Positions 26,271 to 38,570 of a stretch of DNA of 51,773 nt are shown here, one piece after another. The notes under the pieces are model-generated. The model searched no databases. It was given only the letters and a program-made list of their open reading frames with translations, and was not told the origin of the DNA. Position numbers and translations under genes: made by a program. Positions within the stretch are counted from its first letter, which is position 1. Each line of letters starts with the position of its first letter. This stretch comes from Octopus bimaculoides (taxonomy: Eukaryota). The DNA is taken from the NCBI RefSeq assembly GCF_001194135.2, contig NC_068985.1, positions 81,393,054 to 81,444,826 on the forward strand, written 5' to 3'.

Positions 26271-26544
26271 TCATCATCATCATCGTCATCATCATTATTT
26301 ACTTTGTTTTATATTAGCTGTTCCAAGTCTCATCCTCAAGTAACAGCAAGTGGGAGGTTATGCTATGGGTGTTATTTACAATTAGCAATGATATTTTGTA
26401 GTGAAAGGAGGCCAGAATCTAATAAGTAGACTGTTAAATTTCTAATATTTCGGTTTTGAAAGAGTTTTAACAGAATTAGGTATTCTTAGGCTGACAGTGT
26501 TTTTTCTTTACTGTTGCTCCTTATTTCTGTTCAATTAAATAAAT

Positions 26545-26765
26545 ATTGGCTTCAAATTTTGGCACAAGGCCACCAGTTTGGGGTGGGGGAGAGGGTAAGT
26601 CAGTTATGTTGACTCCAGTATTCAACAGGTACTTATCTTATCAACCCTGAAAGGATAAAAGGTAAAGTCAACCCCAGCAGAATTTGAACTCAGAATGTAA
26701 AGTTGGATGAAATGCTGCTAAGCATTTTGCCTGACATGTTAACAATTCTGCCAGCTCACAGCCTT
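26545..26765 (-). mobile_element. Family A SINE, tail type 2
   Basis: Reverse complement of head, core and tail ('ttttggcacaaggcc..ctgaaaggataaaaggtaaagtcaac..aacaattctgccagctc'). Confidence 0.85.
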
Positions 26766-26824
26766 TGAATAAACCAATATTAAAACCAATTTTAATTGGT
26801 AAATATTAATTTCTTTTTGGTTAC

Positions 26825-27130
26825 ATGCATGGCCAACATTTATATGTGATGACACGTAAAAGCACCCATGCAGCATCACACTAAAGCACCCATGCAGTGT
26901 CATGTAAAAGCATCCATACGGTGCCACATAGAAGTGCTCATTGTGGTGCCTCATAAAAGCTTTTGGCACACTCTGTAGGGTGGGTGGCATTAGGAAGGGC
27001 ATCCAACCAAAGAAACCATGCCAGATCAGACTGGAATCTGGTGCAGTCCCCCAGCTTGCCAGCTCTGGTCACACTGTCCGACCCATGTTAGCACAGACAA
27101 GAGACATTAAATGATGATGATGATGATGAT
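26825..27130 (+). mobile_element. RTE-tail retroposon fragment with about 5 tandem ~24-bp units and (GAT)n tail
   Basis: Repeated 'gtaaaagcacccatgcagtgtcac'-like units, then the shared 3' module. Confidence 0.85.
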
Positions 27131-27284
27131 ATTAGTTAGCATATAGGCTTGGGTAACAGCAGTGAATGAAAATGAATCCTGTAATGCCTGGACTTTTATG
27201 GTAGATAACATTTCTGTTTCAGTTCTACAGTAGAAACATTTCCATTACACTATAATATATTTATATTATTATCAGCCATGTGAA

Positions 27285-27480
27285 GGATTGTAAGCTGGCA
27301 GAACCAATTGCATACAATATGCTTGCTGGCATTTCTTCCAGCTTTGTTCTAAGTTCAAATTCCACTAAGGTCAACTTTGCTTTTCCTTTTTTTGAAGTTG
27401 ACAATATAAGTAAGCAGTTGAACACTGGGATTGATGTAACCAACTTCAACCAAAATTGCTGACTATGTGCTGATAGAAAA
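27285..27480 (+). mobile_element. Degenerate family A SINE
   Basis: 'aagctggcagaaccaatt..gttctaagttcaaattccactaaggtcaactttgc'. Confidence 0.7.
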
Positions 27481-27604
27481 ATTATTATCAACCATGTGTA
27501 ATTAACATTCTAAAACAAATGTCTATTTTGGCTAAAAATTTATATTCTTGTTTTTGGATTTGGTTTGCAAGATTTTTTATGTGATTTCATGTGTTGAAGC
27601 ATAT

Positions 27605-27858
27605 TCTGTTGTGTCTGGGGAGAGTCATTTTCTTATCGTGCCTTAAAATTTAACACACTCACCGTTAAAATTTCCACTTATTATTTTTATTTTCCTAAAA
27701 TTTTCCTCTGTCCGTTCGGACAGAGTCAAGACTATTGAAAATGTTGCTAGACACAACGAAAATTTTAGGAAAATAAAAATAATAAGTGGAAATTTTAACG
27801 GTGAGTGTGTTAAATTTTAAGGCACGATAAGAAAATGACTCTCCCCAGACACAACAGA
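27605..27858. repeat. Long palindrome / foldback element: 101-bp perfect inverted arms plus a central 9-bp hairpin
   Basis: 27605-27705 is the exact reverse complement of 27758-27858 by manual comparison. Centre is ctctgtccg-tt-cggacagag at 27706-27725. Confidence 0.92.
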
Positions 27859-27905
27859 TTATATTCTTGCAAACCATTGAAAATGTCTTCTACCTTAGAT
27901 AATAA

Positions 27906-28060
27906 NNNNNNNNNNNNNNNNNNNNNNNNNNNNNNNNNNNNNNNNNNNNNNNNNNNNNNNNNNNNNNNNNNNNNNNNNNNNNNNNNNNNNNNNNNNNNNN
28001 NNNNNNNNNNNNNNNNNNNNNNNNNNNNNNNNNNNNNNNNNNNNNNNNNNNNNNNNNNNN
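27906..28060. other. Assembly gap (N run)
   Basis: Ns. Confidence 1.
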
Positions 28061-29068
28061 AAAAATCTCTCTTTAAAAGTCTTAAATTGACTAAAACCTT
28101 GTGAATGAAATCTGAGAAACAGAAACTGTAGAAACCTGTTGAAAAGATCATTCCATTTTTTTTTTGGGGGGGGGGCGAGGTAGGCATATCTCTCACTTAA
28201 TTTAACATCCCCACTGGGACATTGCTGCCTTTGGTGGAGTTCACCCAATTGCAAGTATTCATATCAGGTCTTTGACCTAAGGATAAGCTCCTCCTATTCT
28301 CCCAGTAGTCTTGGGGACCCCTAAAGTTTCATGATTACTGTCCTTCTTCCTCTAACAAAACCCTAAAATATCTTCTTTTGAATTTACTATTTATATGGTT
28401 TTCTTTCATAAAGGCTTTTTCTTCATGTCCCATGCCAGCATCAAAGGCGTTGGAAGCCATTAAAATCTGAATATTAATGATTTTTCTTTGAAAATGTACT
28501 GCAGTAGTTCCCTGTTACCTTCTGCCAGTTTGTGTACTGTTTACATTACTAAGTTTCTTACTTTCCTAAGCCTACTCTTGAGATATAGAGCTGGGTTTTT
28601 TTTAACTCTTAAGCAAGGAAACTGATTCATGTGAGACCAGAGCCTGTCTATCTACAAACTGGTAGGTCTCTGTAACACAGGCCAAACTTTCTAAGTCCCC
28701 TATCTACAGAACCATCTGCTATTTGATACATAACTGGGGAACTTGATATGTACTATCATCCTGGGCTATAATGAACCTGGGAGTTGTGGTAACCAAGGGG
28801 TAATTCCATACTCTACAAAATTCCTGATGTCTTGAGCTGGGGCCTCATCCCCAGGTGTAGTTTAATACTTGCTCAGAACATCTGATATAACTTTTGAATA
28901 GAGAAACCATGATCTTTCATTATGGTTCAAATATTTAAGATAATGCAGTAGGACAAAGAGCATAGATTTTTCATTGATAATGCAAGTTATTATTATCGTG
29001 GTGCTTATTATATTGCTAAACTATTTCAGATCAGATGTTGATAATCCATCATTATTTCAATATTTCAG

Positions 29069-29156
29069 AAACTCTGGAAGAATGATAACACAACAAATTA
29101 TTTTTACCAAATGCGAAGATCAAATCAGCTGATTTCTGACCAAGCAAACAGAATGA
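29069..29156 (+). CDS. Candidate internal exon (KLWKNDNTTNYFYQMRRSNQLISDQANRM), phase 0-1
   Basis: Acceptor ttatttcaatatttcAG and strong donor atga|GTGAGT; 88 nt; the other two frames contain stops. Bridges 23190 (phase 0) to 42461 (phase 1). Confidence 0.55.
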
Positions 29157-29292
29157 GTGAGTACAAAATAGGATGAGTTTTGTTTAAAATAAGATTTTGA
29201 TACTTTCAATACAGAAAAATCATAGAGATGTACAAAATAAATTTAAAGCTATTGTTTTACATTTGATCTTATTGTACTTTATAAATGCATCT

Positions 29293-29890
29293 TCATCATC
29301 ATCATCATCCTTTAATGTCCATTTTCCATGCTGGTATGGGTTGGGCAGTTTGACTGCAAACTGGTAGGCTGGGGAGCTGTACTAGGTTCCAATCTGATTT
29401 GGCATGGTTTCTACAACTGGTTACCCTTCCTAATGCTAACCACTCTTCTCAAGCACAGCATATTGCCCAACATTTGAAAAGTGCTTTTTATGTACTAGTA
29501 TGAGTGCCAGTTATTTGGCACTTGCATTGACCATGACTGTGATTTCACTTGGCTTGATGGCTCTTCTCAAGCAAGCATAGCATATCGCCAAAGGTCTCGG
29601 TCACTTGTCATTGCCTCTGTGAGGCACAGTGTTCGAACATCATGCTTCATCACCTCATCCCATATCTTCCTGGGTCTACCTCTTCCACAGGTTTCCTCCA
29701 CTGTTAGAGATAGGCACTTCTTCACACTGTTGTCCTCGTCTATATGCATTACATGACCATACCAGCGCAGTCATCCCTCTTGCACACTACATCTGATGGT
29801 TCTTATGCTCAATTTTTCTCCCAAGACTCTTACACTCTGTCATGCATGCACACTGACATTGCACATCCGGCAAAGCATACTAGCTTCATG
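29293..29890 (-). mobile_element. RTE-clade LINE 3' end (ORF2 C-terminus, 3' UTR, (GAT)n tail)
   Basis: LRWYGHVMHIDEDNSVKKCLSLTVEETCGRGRPRKIWDEVMKHDVRTLCLTEAMTSDRDLWRYAML. Confidence 0.92.
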
Positions 29891-31054
29891 AAAAACTTCA
29901 TGAAAATTTGTATACTAGTTTGAATATGTGTTAAAATTTCAGGGTAGTTCAGTATTTGGGAATCTTTTTTACTGCACTTGCCATGTCTAATGAATCTGAA
30001 CTAATTTAGTCAAATGCTTTGTTTTAGTCATTCATAGAATACTGATATTGGTGACTAGTGCCAACAAGAAATCTGGCATCAGTTATTGGAAACCCATAGT
30101 AAATTTTATGAGACGACACATTTTTATGTGGACTGTTTTTTTGCTGCAATAGATATCTAAAAATGAACCCAGTATAAAAGATAAGCTACTCAAAAAAACT
30201 TGCTTGTTAAAAAAAGCAAAAAAAAAAAAAAAAAGCCACTTTATATATCAAACAAATAAAGAGCAGGTGAAAAACAAAACTGAGATTAGTCTTCCATGAT
30301 TTTTATGATATAAGTAATTGTTCATATTGTCATTTCAGAAAAAAGAAATAACAGAAAATAAAAAATAAAAATAAATCACTTAACAAAACAAAAAACAGTA
30401 TATTTTTATTATCTATTATGATGTAGCACACAGCATTAAAATGACACTTTTTCATATCCACTTAGTATAGATATATTATTTACAAATAAATAAATAATTA
30501 CATTATAAATAATTGTATATTAGACATTTGTTGCTTTATTTACATGCATATACACACAAATAAATAAAGTCTTTGGAGTAAAATTATCTTTAAAAGAAAA
30601 GAGAAAAAATATATGTAAGATATAGTTTTGTTCCTGATGTAGGCTTACTTTCATCATAAATTAATATTTGGAGAAAAGAGGGGGAAAAAAATCTTTGTTA
30701 GCTTTTCTCTTCAAGTGAAAAGTTGTCAACTGCAATTATTCTGCATGAAAGAAAATCGAAAGACTACATAGAGAATAAGTGAAACTCAAATACATAAATA
30801 CATACATTACTATGGTGCTTGTTTACAATCTGACAAAGTTTGCCAATAAATCTAAGTTTCCGTTCTTCAGCTGACCAGAGAAATTTACTTTTGTAATCTT
30901 TTATTCTATATGTGTATTTTTCGGAATGTTTCATAAAATATGTTCTCTGACATTGATACATACATACATATGTACATGCGTACATACATACAAATGTACA
31001 TATGTACATACAAGTGTGAGTACTCTGTCTCTGTGTATATAATGAATTCTTACT

Positions 31055-31145
31055 GCAATAATAATAATAATAATCATAATAATAATCATAATAATAGCAA
31101 TAATAATAATAATGATGATGATAATAATGATAATAACAATGATCA
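31055..31145. repeat. (AAT)n/(GAT)n compound microsatellite
   Basis: Direct repeats; source of the poly-N and poly-I ORFs. Confidence 0.95.
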
Positions 31146-32054
31146 GTAACATATTATCAAGTTTAAACTTTTAGCGTACTTATGTACATCAATTCAGATT
31201 TTTTTGTTTGATATTTTCATATTATATATGCATGTGTCTACAATGATGCGTTTGTGTTTATATGCTAATAAACTTTCATCCTTTATTATTTATGTGAAAT
31301 TATATATAAATCTATTCCTCTGTGTGTAGCATAAATCTCCATGCCAACAAAACAATGTGACAACGATAAGGATGCTTGTATTTTATTAGAACCATAAAAT
31401 GTATTTGATGAGTTTTTATATTGAAATATCTTCTATACTATATCAGTTGTGTATTTTTTTCCTTCTTCTTATATATATATTTTTTAGATTAAGATTGTTA
31501 AAATTTATAGAATACTTGAAATTTGTTCAATGTGTTTTGCTGCAAATATATGCCAAGACACGTGACAATCGATAGCATAAATTTTGATTTATAGAACTGC
31601 ATCATCCAAATCTCTAATTAAGTTTTCTTTAATGAAACAATTAAGGAAAGAAAGAAACTTTGCGTAGAATAGGCAAGTTATCTGGCTGTTAGAAGTATTA
31701 GTGAATAAAACACGAACAATAAAAGTAGTTTGTATTTCAAAGTATGTTGCTTGTGGATAGTTTTGGAATTGTGTTTTTATGAAATAATATGCAGAATCAA
31801 CTGGTTCCTTCTGTATATAATCTTGTAAAAACTTGGAAATTTTATCAATTTGCATGAAATTCCCGTGATAACAATAAATCTGTATAAAAGACGTTTTTAT
31901 TTATTCATTTTATTTTTGATTTTTAGTAATGTAACTACTAGATGTCTTTGGATAATGTCAGTATGCTGTGGGGATAAGAAAATTCTAATATTTAAAGCAG
32001 AATCTGAATCCTGTCAAACTTCCATAGTTTTTATCTTTTTTTTTTTTATCTTCT

Positions 32055-32272
32055 AGTATACAAACTGACCAGATCGGTCTCAGATATTCTACCAGTTTTA
32101 TGTTCAAACTGACCAGATCAGGCCTCTCATATATATCCTCCAATGTCATTTTAAGAATAAACAATCACATCATCGAAATCTCAAAGTTACAAGATAATGT
32201 AGGATAAATTCAAAACAATGTGAAGAAATAAGCATTACATTTGAAAGAGTAATATGAATGCTGAAGGGTTAA
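32055..32272 (+). mobile_element. piggyBac-type MITE copy (one terminus intact: ..gaatgctgaagggTTAA)
   Basis: Homologous to 48625-48854 and 49096-49303. Confidence 0.75.
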
Positions 32273-32329
32273 ACTTTATTGAACTGAATTTTGCTGATGA
32301 AAATTAATCCTAGTTCCCTGAATACACAC

Positions 32330-32720
32330 TATGACTACCACATCTCCCTTGATTGTCCACTACCACACCTCCACACTCTTAACAATATACTACTACTACC
32401 ACCACAACAACACTCGTAATAATACACTAACACTTGTCTCTTTGACCAAACACCAACATTAGGACCCTTGACTACACACCACTCTTAATCTCTTGACTAC
32501 AAACCACTACCACTAGTCATCAGACCACATACCATCGTTAGACTCCTGACCATATGCCACTCTTAGTTTCTTGACCATACACTACCACCAGTCTTCTGGC
32601 TTGACACCAGCCCTAGTCTCTTGACTGCAAACTAAAATTTTGATCAAATATCACTGTCTCTTGACCAGACAGTACCAAAACTCTCCTGAAACACACTACT
32701 ATTAGTTTCTTGACCACAAG
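32330..32720. repeat. Degenerate ~25-bp minisatellite (consensus about acacaccactactagtctcttgacc)
   Basis: Recurrent 'tagtctcttgacc/t' motif about every 21-28 bp, about 12 units. Confidence 0.7.
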
Positions 32721-32779
32721 GACAGTACATAGAGGAAAGTTAATCACACTAATTGGAAAATATTGGCGACATAACACTC

Positions 32780-32952
32780 AATCACATTGTTTTGAATTAA
32801 TCATGCATCCTCTTCTAGCTTTGAGATTTCAATTATGTGTTTATTTTTCATGACTTTGTAGGGTAGGTGTGAGAGACTGGATCTGGTTAGTTTGAACATA
32901 AAAGTGGTAGAATGTATGAACTTGACACAGCCTGTTTAAATGCTAAAGAGAT
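32780..32952 (-). mobile_element. piggyBac-type MITE fragment, inverted relative to 32055-32272
   Basis: 'cacattgttttgaattaatcatgcat..gtagggtaggtgtgagag..tttgaacataaaa..tttaaatgctaaag' is the reverse complement of the MITE body. Confidence 0.75.
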
Positions 32953-32999
32953 ATAGACAATGTCATCATACAGACTAGTTGTTTTGTTTGTTTGTCTTT

Positions 33000-33660
33000 T
33001 AAGGATTTTGGCTTAGGATGGTGTTGTGCTCGTGGTTTCACAGACCTTCTAAGATCAGTAAAAGTAATGTGATTAGTTTATTTTTATGAAGTGTCTCAAA
33101 TGCTGTGGATGAAATATAGATATATAAAAGGTTAACGAAGAGTGATTATTGGGTATCAGCTGCATAGGAATGTGCATTGTTAGAACTGATGACAGACCAA
33201 ATCTTTGATGTAGATGAAAAAGCATGTGGGGAACAAAACTGAACTTTTAACTACATTAGGGTTGATAAAGTGTGGATCAGAAGAGCTGTCAGTGCATACA
33301 AGTGGTGCAAAATAGCTAGAAGCTACCATTCCAAGAGAGGAGATATTGATGAGATCCATACACGGGGAGTTTAGACATGATATTGCATACTAAAGATGGT
33401 TGAATGCTTTGCTGATGTTAAGTGAAACAAAATTGTTGTTCACAAATTTCCAAATTTCTCAAGAATAAAAACCAAGTAGGGAGTGACAAAGAAGAGGAGA
33501 TCTCTAGCAGCTCTAACTCTACAAAACTAATGCTGTTGTTAGTTAAGAAGAGATAAGATTGTTATTAATACCAGTCTCCATCACAATAGGGATTTCTGCA
33601 ATTAAGGGCTGGTAGTAGGTGATGTTAGAAGGATTGCTTTTTAGGGAATATAACACACTA
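33000..33660 (-). mobile_element. Highly degenerate CR1/L2/Jockey-group LINE reverse-transcriptase relic
   Basis: Collinear RT motifs on the minus strand: KSNPSN(YRP), VSLNISKAFN (LDISKAFD), KLPVYG, VVKSSV (VPQGSV) and SYAADT (YADD; ~33152-33169). Confidence 0.7.
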
Positions 33661-34380
33661 TAGAATTTTTCCATGAATGATAGAGAGAAGAGGGAGAGAG
33701 AAAGAGGGAGGGGATAGAGATTGAGGTGTTTGATAAAGATATGTGCTAGCACTGAGGAGATTCATTGGGGGTAATGGGAGGGACACTTTCAGGCCCAATT
33801 CCCTTGTTAATTTTAAGTGATTGAAGATATTTTTGCACTTGGTATGGATGTGTACATAGAAGTGAGCCTGGCTGAAAGAAGAAGGACAGTTTTGGAGATT
33901 TATTTATTGGAAGCAGTGTGGAGTTTATTGTAAAGTGGACAGCAACTGTAGAATTTTTCTCATGCTACTCAAGAATATAATCAACTGCAAGTGAGTACCA
34001 GATGATTATAGGTGCAGCTCTCTCGCTCCCTTCAGCTGTCACATCCTCAGTATTCTGTTGAGTAAAGAGTGGAAGAGCCAGGAAAGTGTGCTTGTGTTTA
34101 CACTCACCGACATAAGTGCCTAAAACAATTGGCAAAAGTGTAGCACCAGCTATCAGGTTGTACTCTCTTACATGTGGCAATGCATGTATATGTCTCTGTT
34201 TATGCTTACACTTGTCTGAAAAACAACATAGTTCTTCATTTTGTGCTTCTTTATATCTTGTAACTGTCTGGTCAAACAGATGAGATAAGAACCAGACTCA
34301 AATAATTTCTGGGATCAATATAATCAGCTAAAAACCTTTGAAGATATTACCCTCAACATGACCACATGCTGATGAATGTA

Positions 34381-34767
34381 TGTTGTTGTTGGCACTCCGT
34401 CGCTTACGACGTTGAGGGTTCCAGTTGATCCGATCAATGGAACAGCCTGCTCATGAAATTAACGTGCAAGTGGCTGAGCACTCCACATACACGTGTACCC
34501 TTAACGTAGTTCTCGGGGATATTCAGAGTGACACAGTGTGACAAGGCTGACCCTTTGAATTACAGGCACAACAGAAACAGGAAGTAAGAGTGAGAGAAAG
34601 TTGTGGTGAAAGAGTACAGCAGGATTCTTCACCATTCCTTGCTGGAGCCTCATGGAGCTTTAGGTGTTTTCGCTTAATAAAGACTCACAACACCTGGTCT
34701 GGGAATTGAAACTGTGATCCTATGACCGCGAGTCTGCTGCCCTAACCACTGGGCCATTGTGCCTCCA
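34381..34767 (-). mobile_element. Full-length tRNA-derived SINE family B with 12-bp TSD
   Basis: tRNA-like head with A and B boxes and a (CAA)n tail. TSD ctgatgaatgta at 34369-34380 and 34768-34779. Confidence 0.93.
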
Positions 34768-35605
34768 CTGATGAATGTAACTAGTGAAAGAATAAGAGAA
34801 TAGATCACACAGAGCTAATCAGCAGGTGAAGAAAAATGAATAGCAAGAAATGGATCTGAACCAACACTGTTGACTATTGTGGATCTGGGAAATGCCTTAA
34901 AGTCTGGTTCAACCAAAAGAAAGAATTAGATTTCCATTAACTCATGGATGAATATATTCGACTGTGAGGATTAATTGTGAGTAAAGGATGACTCCATACT
35001 TGAATTTATAACGAATGGTTAGTCAAGACCTCTGAGGAACATATTGTGAAAATACCCCACCAACAAAGGTCCATGTTGTTTCATACTGAATATTTGTCAA
35101 CTGTAACTATGCAGTGATTTTATTTTTCATAAATCTTATCAGGTCGTCTTTAATTGAAGCTCTGTGTTAGAGCACATATCTGTGCAAGAAACCTTATGTC
35201 TTCCCCTGACACAAAACTCTAAATAATAACACACGTGTATGTGCAAGAAAATTGCAAAAACGCATGTGATTACTCATGTGCAAGTGTGTGTGTGTGTGTG
35301 TGTAAATTTCTTTAAATTTACATATCTTTTGAATGTCTTTCCACCATATACTTTCTAAGAAAACAAAATTATTAACCTTCAGTAATTTAAAAAACTGAAA
35401 TGAACAATCTTCAACAATTTAAAAGAAACACTCAATTGCATTAATTTTTACCCATCCCTCTTTACTATTTTAGCTGCAGGAAAGGGTCCACAGGCTAAGG
35501 TCCAACCTTCCCTCCTTAGAAAGATACAATTTAAAAAAAATATGGAAAACAATTACAACTTTGTGATAGAATTTTTGTCTTTAGTATATATATATATATA
35601 TATAT

Positions 35606-35955
35606 NNNNNNNNNNNNNNNNNNNNNNNNNNNNNNNNNNNNNNNNNNNNNNNNNNNNNNNNNNNNNNNNNNNNNNNNNNNNNNNNNNNNNNNNNNNNNNN
35701 NNNNNNNNNNNNNNNNNNNNNNNNNNNNNNNNNNNNNNNNNNNNNNNNNNNNNNNNNNNNNNNNNNNNNNNNNNNNNNNNNNNNNNNNNNNNNNNNNNNN
35801 NNNNNNNNNNNNNNNNNNNNNNNNNNNNNNNNNNNNNNNNNNNNNNNNNNNNNNNNNNNNNNNNNNNNNNNNNNNNNNNNNNNNNNNNNNNNNNNNNNNN
35901 NNNNNNNNNNNNNNNNNNNNNNNNNNNNNNNNNNNNNNNNNNNNNNNNNNNNNNN
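35606..35955. other. Assembly gap flanked by (AT)n
   Basis: Ns. Confidence 1.
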
Positions 35956-36651
35956 TATATATATATAAATAGACATATGTATGTATGTATATCTGTGCGT
36001 ATACATTGTGAACACATGCACACAGTTCTATATAAAATGATAACTTGTGTGATGCACTGGATCCAATACATTGATAAACTATGTAATTAAACAAGCCAAC
36101 TTAAATGTTATATTTATAATTACCATTTTAGTTTAATTCATTTATATATAAAAATGTTAAAGAATAATTGTTTTACTAATTAATTACCCATTTATTATGC
36201 ATGTCTAACTGGAGGGCTAAACTTCTGTTGCAATATTAGAATAATTATTTTTGTTTATTCTAAATTCAGAGCAAATTATATGGTCATACATGCATATTTG
36301 AAGACTTCTACTCTTATAATATCTAATTATTTACATGCAAATTGATGTTTCTTCTAGAAAGGTTTAAAAAGCATACATTGTATGTAAGATTGAAATTATC
36401 ATCTATCTTTTATTTATTTTTTTTTCATGTCTTTTTGTTTGATGAGTTGGCGAAGTGCAAAATTTATCTGATACAATCATCTAGAATTTATCTAATCAAG
36501 TTCTTTCCTGCTGGCATCTGCACATAAGAAAAATTATGGCTTTCAGAATATAGTTGGTTTTCTTAATGAAAGCATTTCAAATACAATACTAAACTATAAC
36601 CTAACCTATGATGAAGATCAAAACTAAATAAACATTATAGAAATTTGGCCC

Positions 36652-36708
<57 letters not shown>

Positions 36709-37284
36709 TCTTGCACACGCATAATGCATATTATCTTTAGGAATTTTCAGAAAGTGTCAGTAACACAAGATAGATGGTTATTACTGATTATCTATATGAA
36801 AAATATTTAATATCATAAGTTTCAATTTAATTATATTTGATTATATTTTCATTATCACAAATTAATAAACAAACCAGCAGTCATACATACAGACAAGCCA
36901 TTAATCTAATTTTGTTTCTTTTTTGTAAAATGGCACAAAATGAATCCATTATAAGCTGATAATTCTATGCTGAGACTTTATTTTATGGAATCTATATCAG
37001 TAGGAAAGTTGTAAATAAAAAGTGTTTCATTCTGTTGTGAGTTACTGAGATTAAACTCAGTTGGTAATCTTCCTAAATACATTCATGGTGTGCATACAAG
37101 TGCCTTTCTTCAAAAGATCAAACAGAGCTTTGTTCCACTTATACAATGCCAATAGTTTGGAAACAACCATCTCTCCTGGTTGGCACGAAAACAATAATCT
37201 GCTACCTTAAGTTATTTACTGAATGATCTTTGTAGGTTAAACTATCCTGTCATATCTTGGTAGCTTAAATTCGTCTGTAGTGTC

Positions 37285-37486
37285 ATTCTTTTATTTGTTT
37301 CAGTCATTTGACTGTGGCCATGCTGGAGCACTGCCTTGAAGTATTTTTGTCAAATGATTTGACTTCAGGACTCATTTTTAAGTCCTAATACTTATTCTGT
37401 TGCTCTCTTTGCCACACCACTAAGTTTCAGGGACAAAAACACACTAGCACCGGTTGTCAAGTGATGATGGGGGGGGGGCAAACAAA

Positions 37487-37552
<66 letters not shown>

Positions 37553-37732
37553 CATATATATATAAATATGACAGGTTTCTTCCAGTTTCCATCTACCAAA
37601 TCCACTCACAAAACTTTGATTAACCTGAAGCTATAGTAGAAGATACTTGCCCAAGGTGCCATGCTGTGGGACTGAACCCAGAACCATGTAGTTGGGAAGC
37701 AAGCTTCTTACCATACAGCCACACCTGCACCT
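37285..37732 (-). mobile_element. Full-length CORE-type tRNA SINE (family D) with internal (TA)n(TG)n microsatellite
   Basis: Minus-strand head gcaggtgtggctgtatggtaagaagcttgc.., B-box GGTTCAGTCCC, CORE-like 'caccttgggcaagtatcttctactatagc', then microsatellite and tail. Confidence 0.88.
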
Positions 37733-37971
37733 GTGTTGTGTTTCTATGTTAAATTATTTAATCCTTTGTTATCGTCAAGATGTATATGTTACTGTTAAGA
37801 ACCTATGGAAAGTACCAGAAACTCAAGCACTCATCTGGGGTACCACCTGCTATGTGGGAGCTATGACATGTGTCTGAGATCTTCCAAATACAAAGTCAGA
37901 TTATATTTATTCTCATTATTTAAAAAGATTAAGATGGTGAGCTGGCACAATTGTTATTGTGCCAGAAAAAC

Positions 37972-38570
37972 TATTGGGTTGTCTGGAAAGTTCATGCCAA
38001 TTTTCCGAAAGGTTCTTCTCACTCAACCTATGTGGTACCCAAACATCGTAGCGATTTGTGTACCCAAGCTTTACCAGGTGCTCATGAACGACGGATTTTG
38101 ATAGGTTGAGGCTTTCTGCCAATTCTCGGGTTGTGCAATGTGGGTTATTCTCAATTAATGACTTGATTTGGTCATCATCTGTAGTGGATGGTCTGCCTGA
38201 TCGCTCTTTATGAATAAGGCTACAGTCTCCAGCTCGGAACCTTGTGAACCACTTCCATACAGTTCTTTTGGATAAAGAAACATCACCGTAAACTGCGCAT
38301 ATTTCTTTGGTTGCTTGTGAAGCATTTTTCCCTTTACGGAAAAAGAAAAGCATCAAGTGCCGAAAATGAACTTTCTTATCTTCCATTTTAAAGGGTTACA
38401 GAATTAGCACAAATGATAGGAACATAAACCTTCTTCCACGAAAAGATAGCTTAAACTGTGCTCTAAATGGAGGTGTAGTCAAATCCTATTTTATGGACTC
38501 AACCATGTTCTAAAATAAGTCGAAAGGTAAACTACTATAAATCGGCACAAACTTTCCGGACAATCCAATA
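37972..38570 (-). mobile_element. Internally deleted mariner DNA transposon (~600 bp) with ~30-bp TIRs and TA target duplication
   Basis: Left TAttgggttgtctggaaagttcatgccaattt versus right-end reverse complement TAttggattgtccggaaagtttgtgccgattt; a transposase N-terminus lies inside. Confidence 0.95.
38005..38386 (-). pseudogene. Mariner transposase N-terminal DNA-binding region (both HTHs plus WVPH-L linker), catalytic DD34D domain deleted
   Basis: MEDKKVHFRHLMLFFFRKGKNASQA..RSGRP..YDVWVPHRLSEKNL runs directly into the 3' TIR. The sequence resembles the mellifera-type mariner N-terminus as recalled. Confidence 0.92.

Noticed and set aside
31589-31879. ~96-codon minus-strand frame with an acceptor (IYCYHGNFMQIDKISKFLQDYIQKEPV..)
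   Set aside because: It looks protein-like, but there is no recognisable homology or linked exon, and the length is near chance expectation. A BLAST or RNA-seq check would settle it.
32330-32720. Periodic repeats considered as a CRISPR-like array
   Set aside because: The units are degenerate tandem repeats without unique spacers, there are no cas genes, and the context is eukaryotic.
2583-34767. tRNA-like sequences with A and B boxes
   Set aside because: These are SINE heads; they do not complete a cloverleaf or acceptor stem, so they are not tRNA genes.
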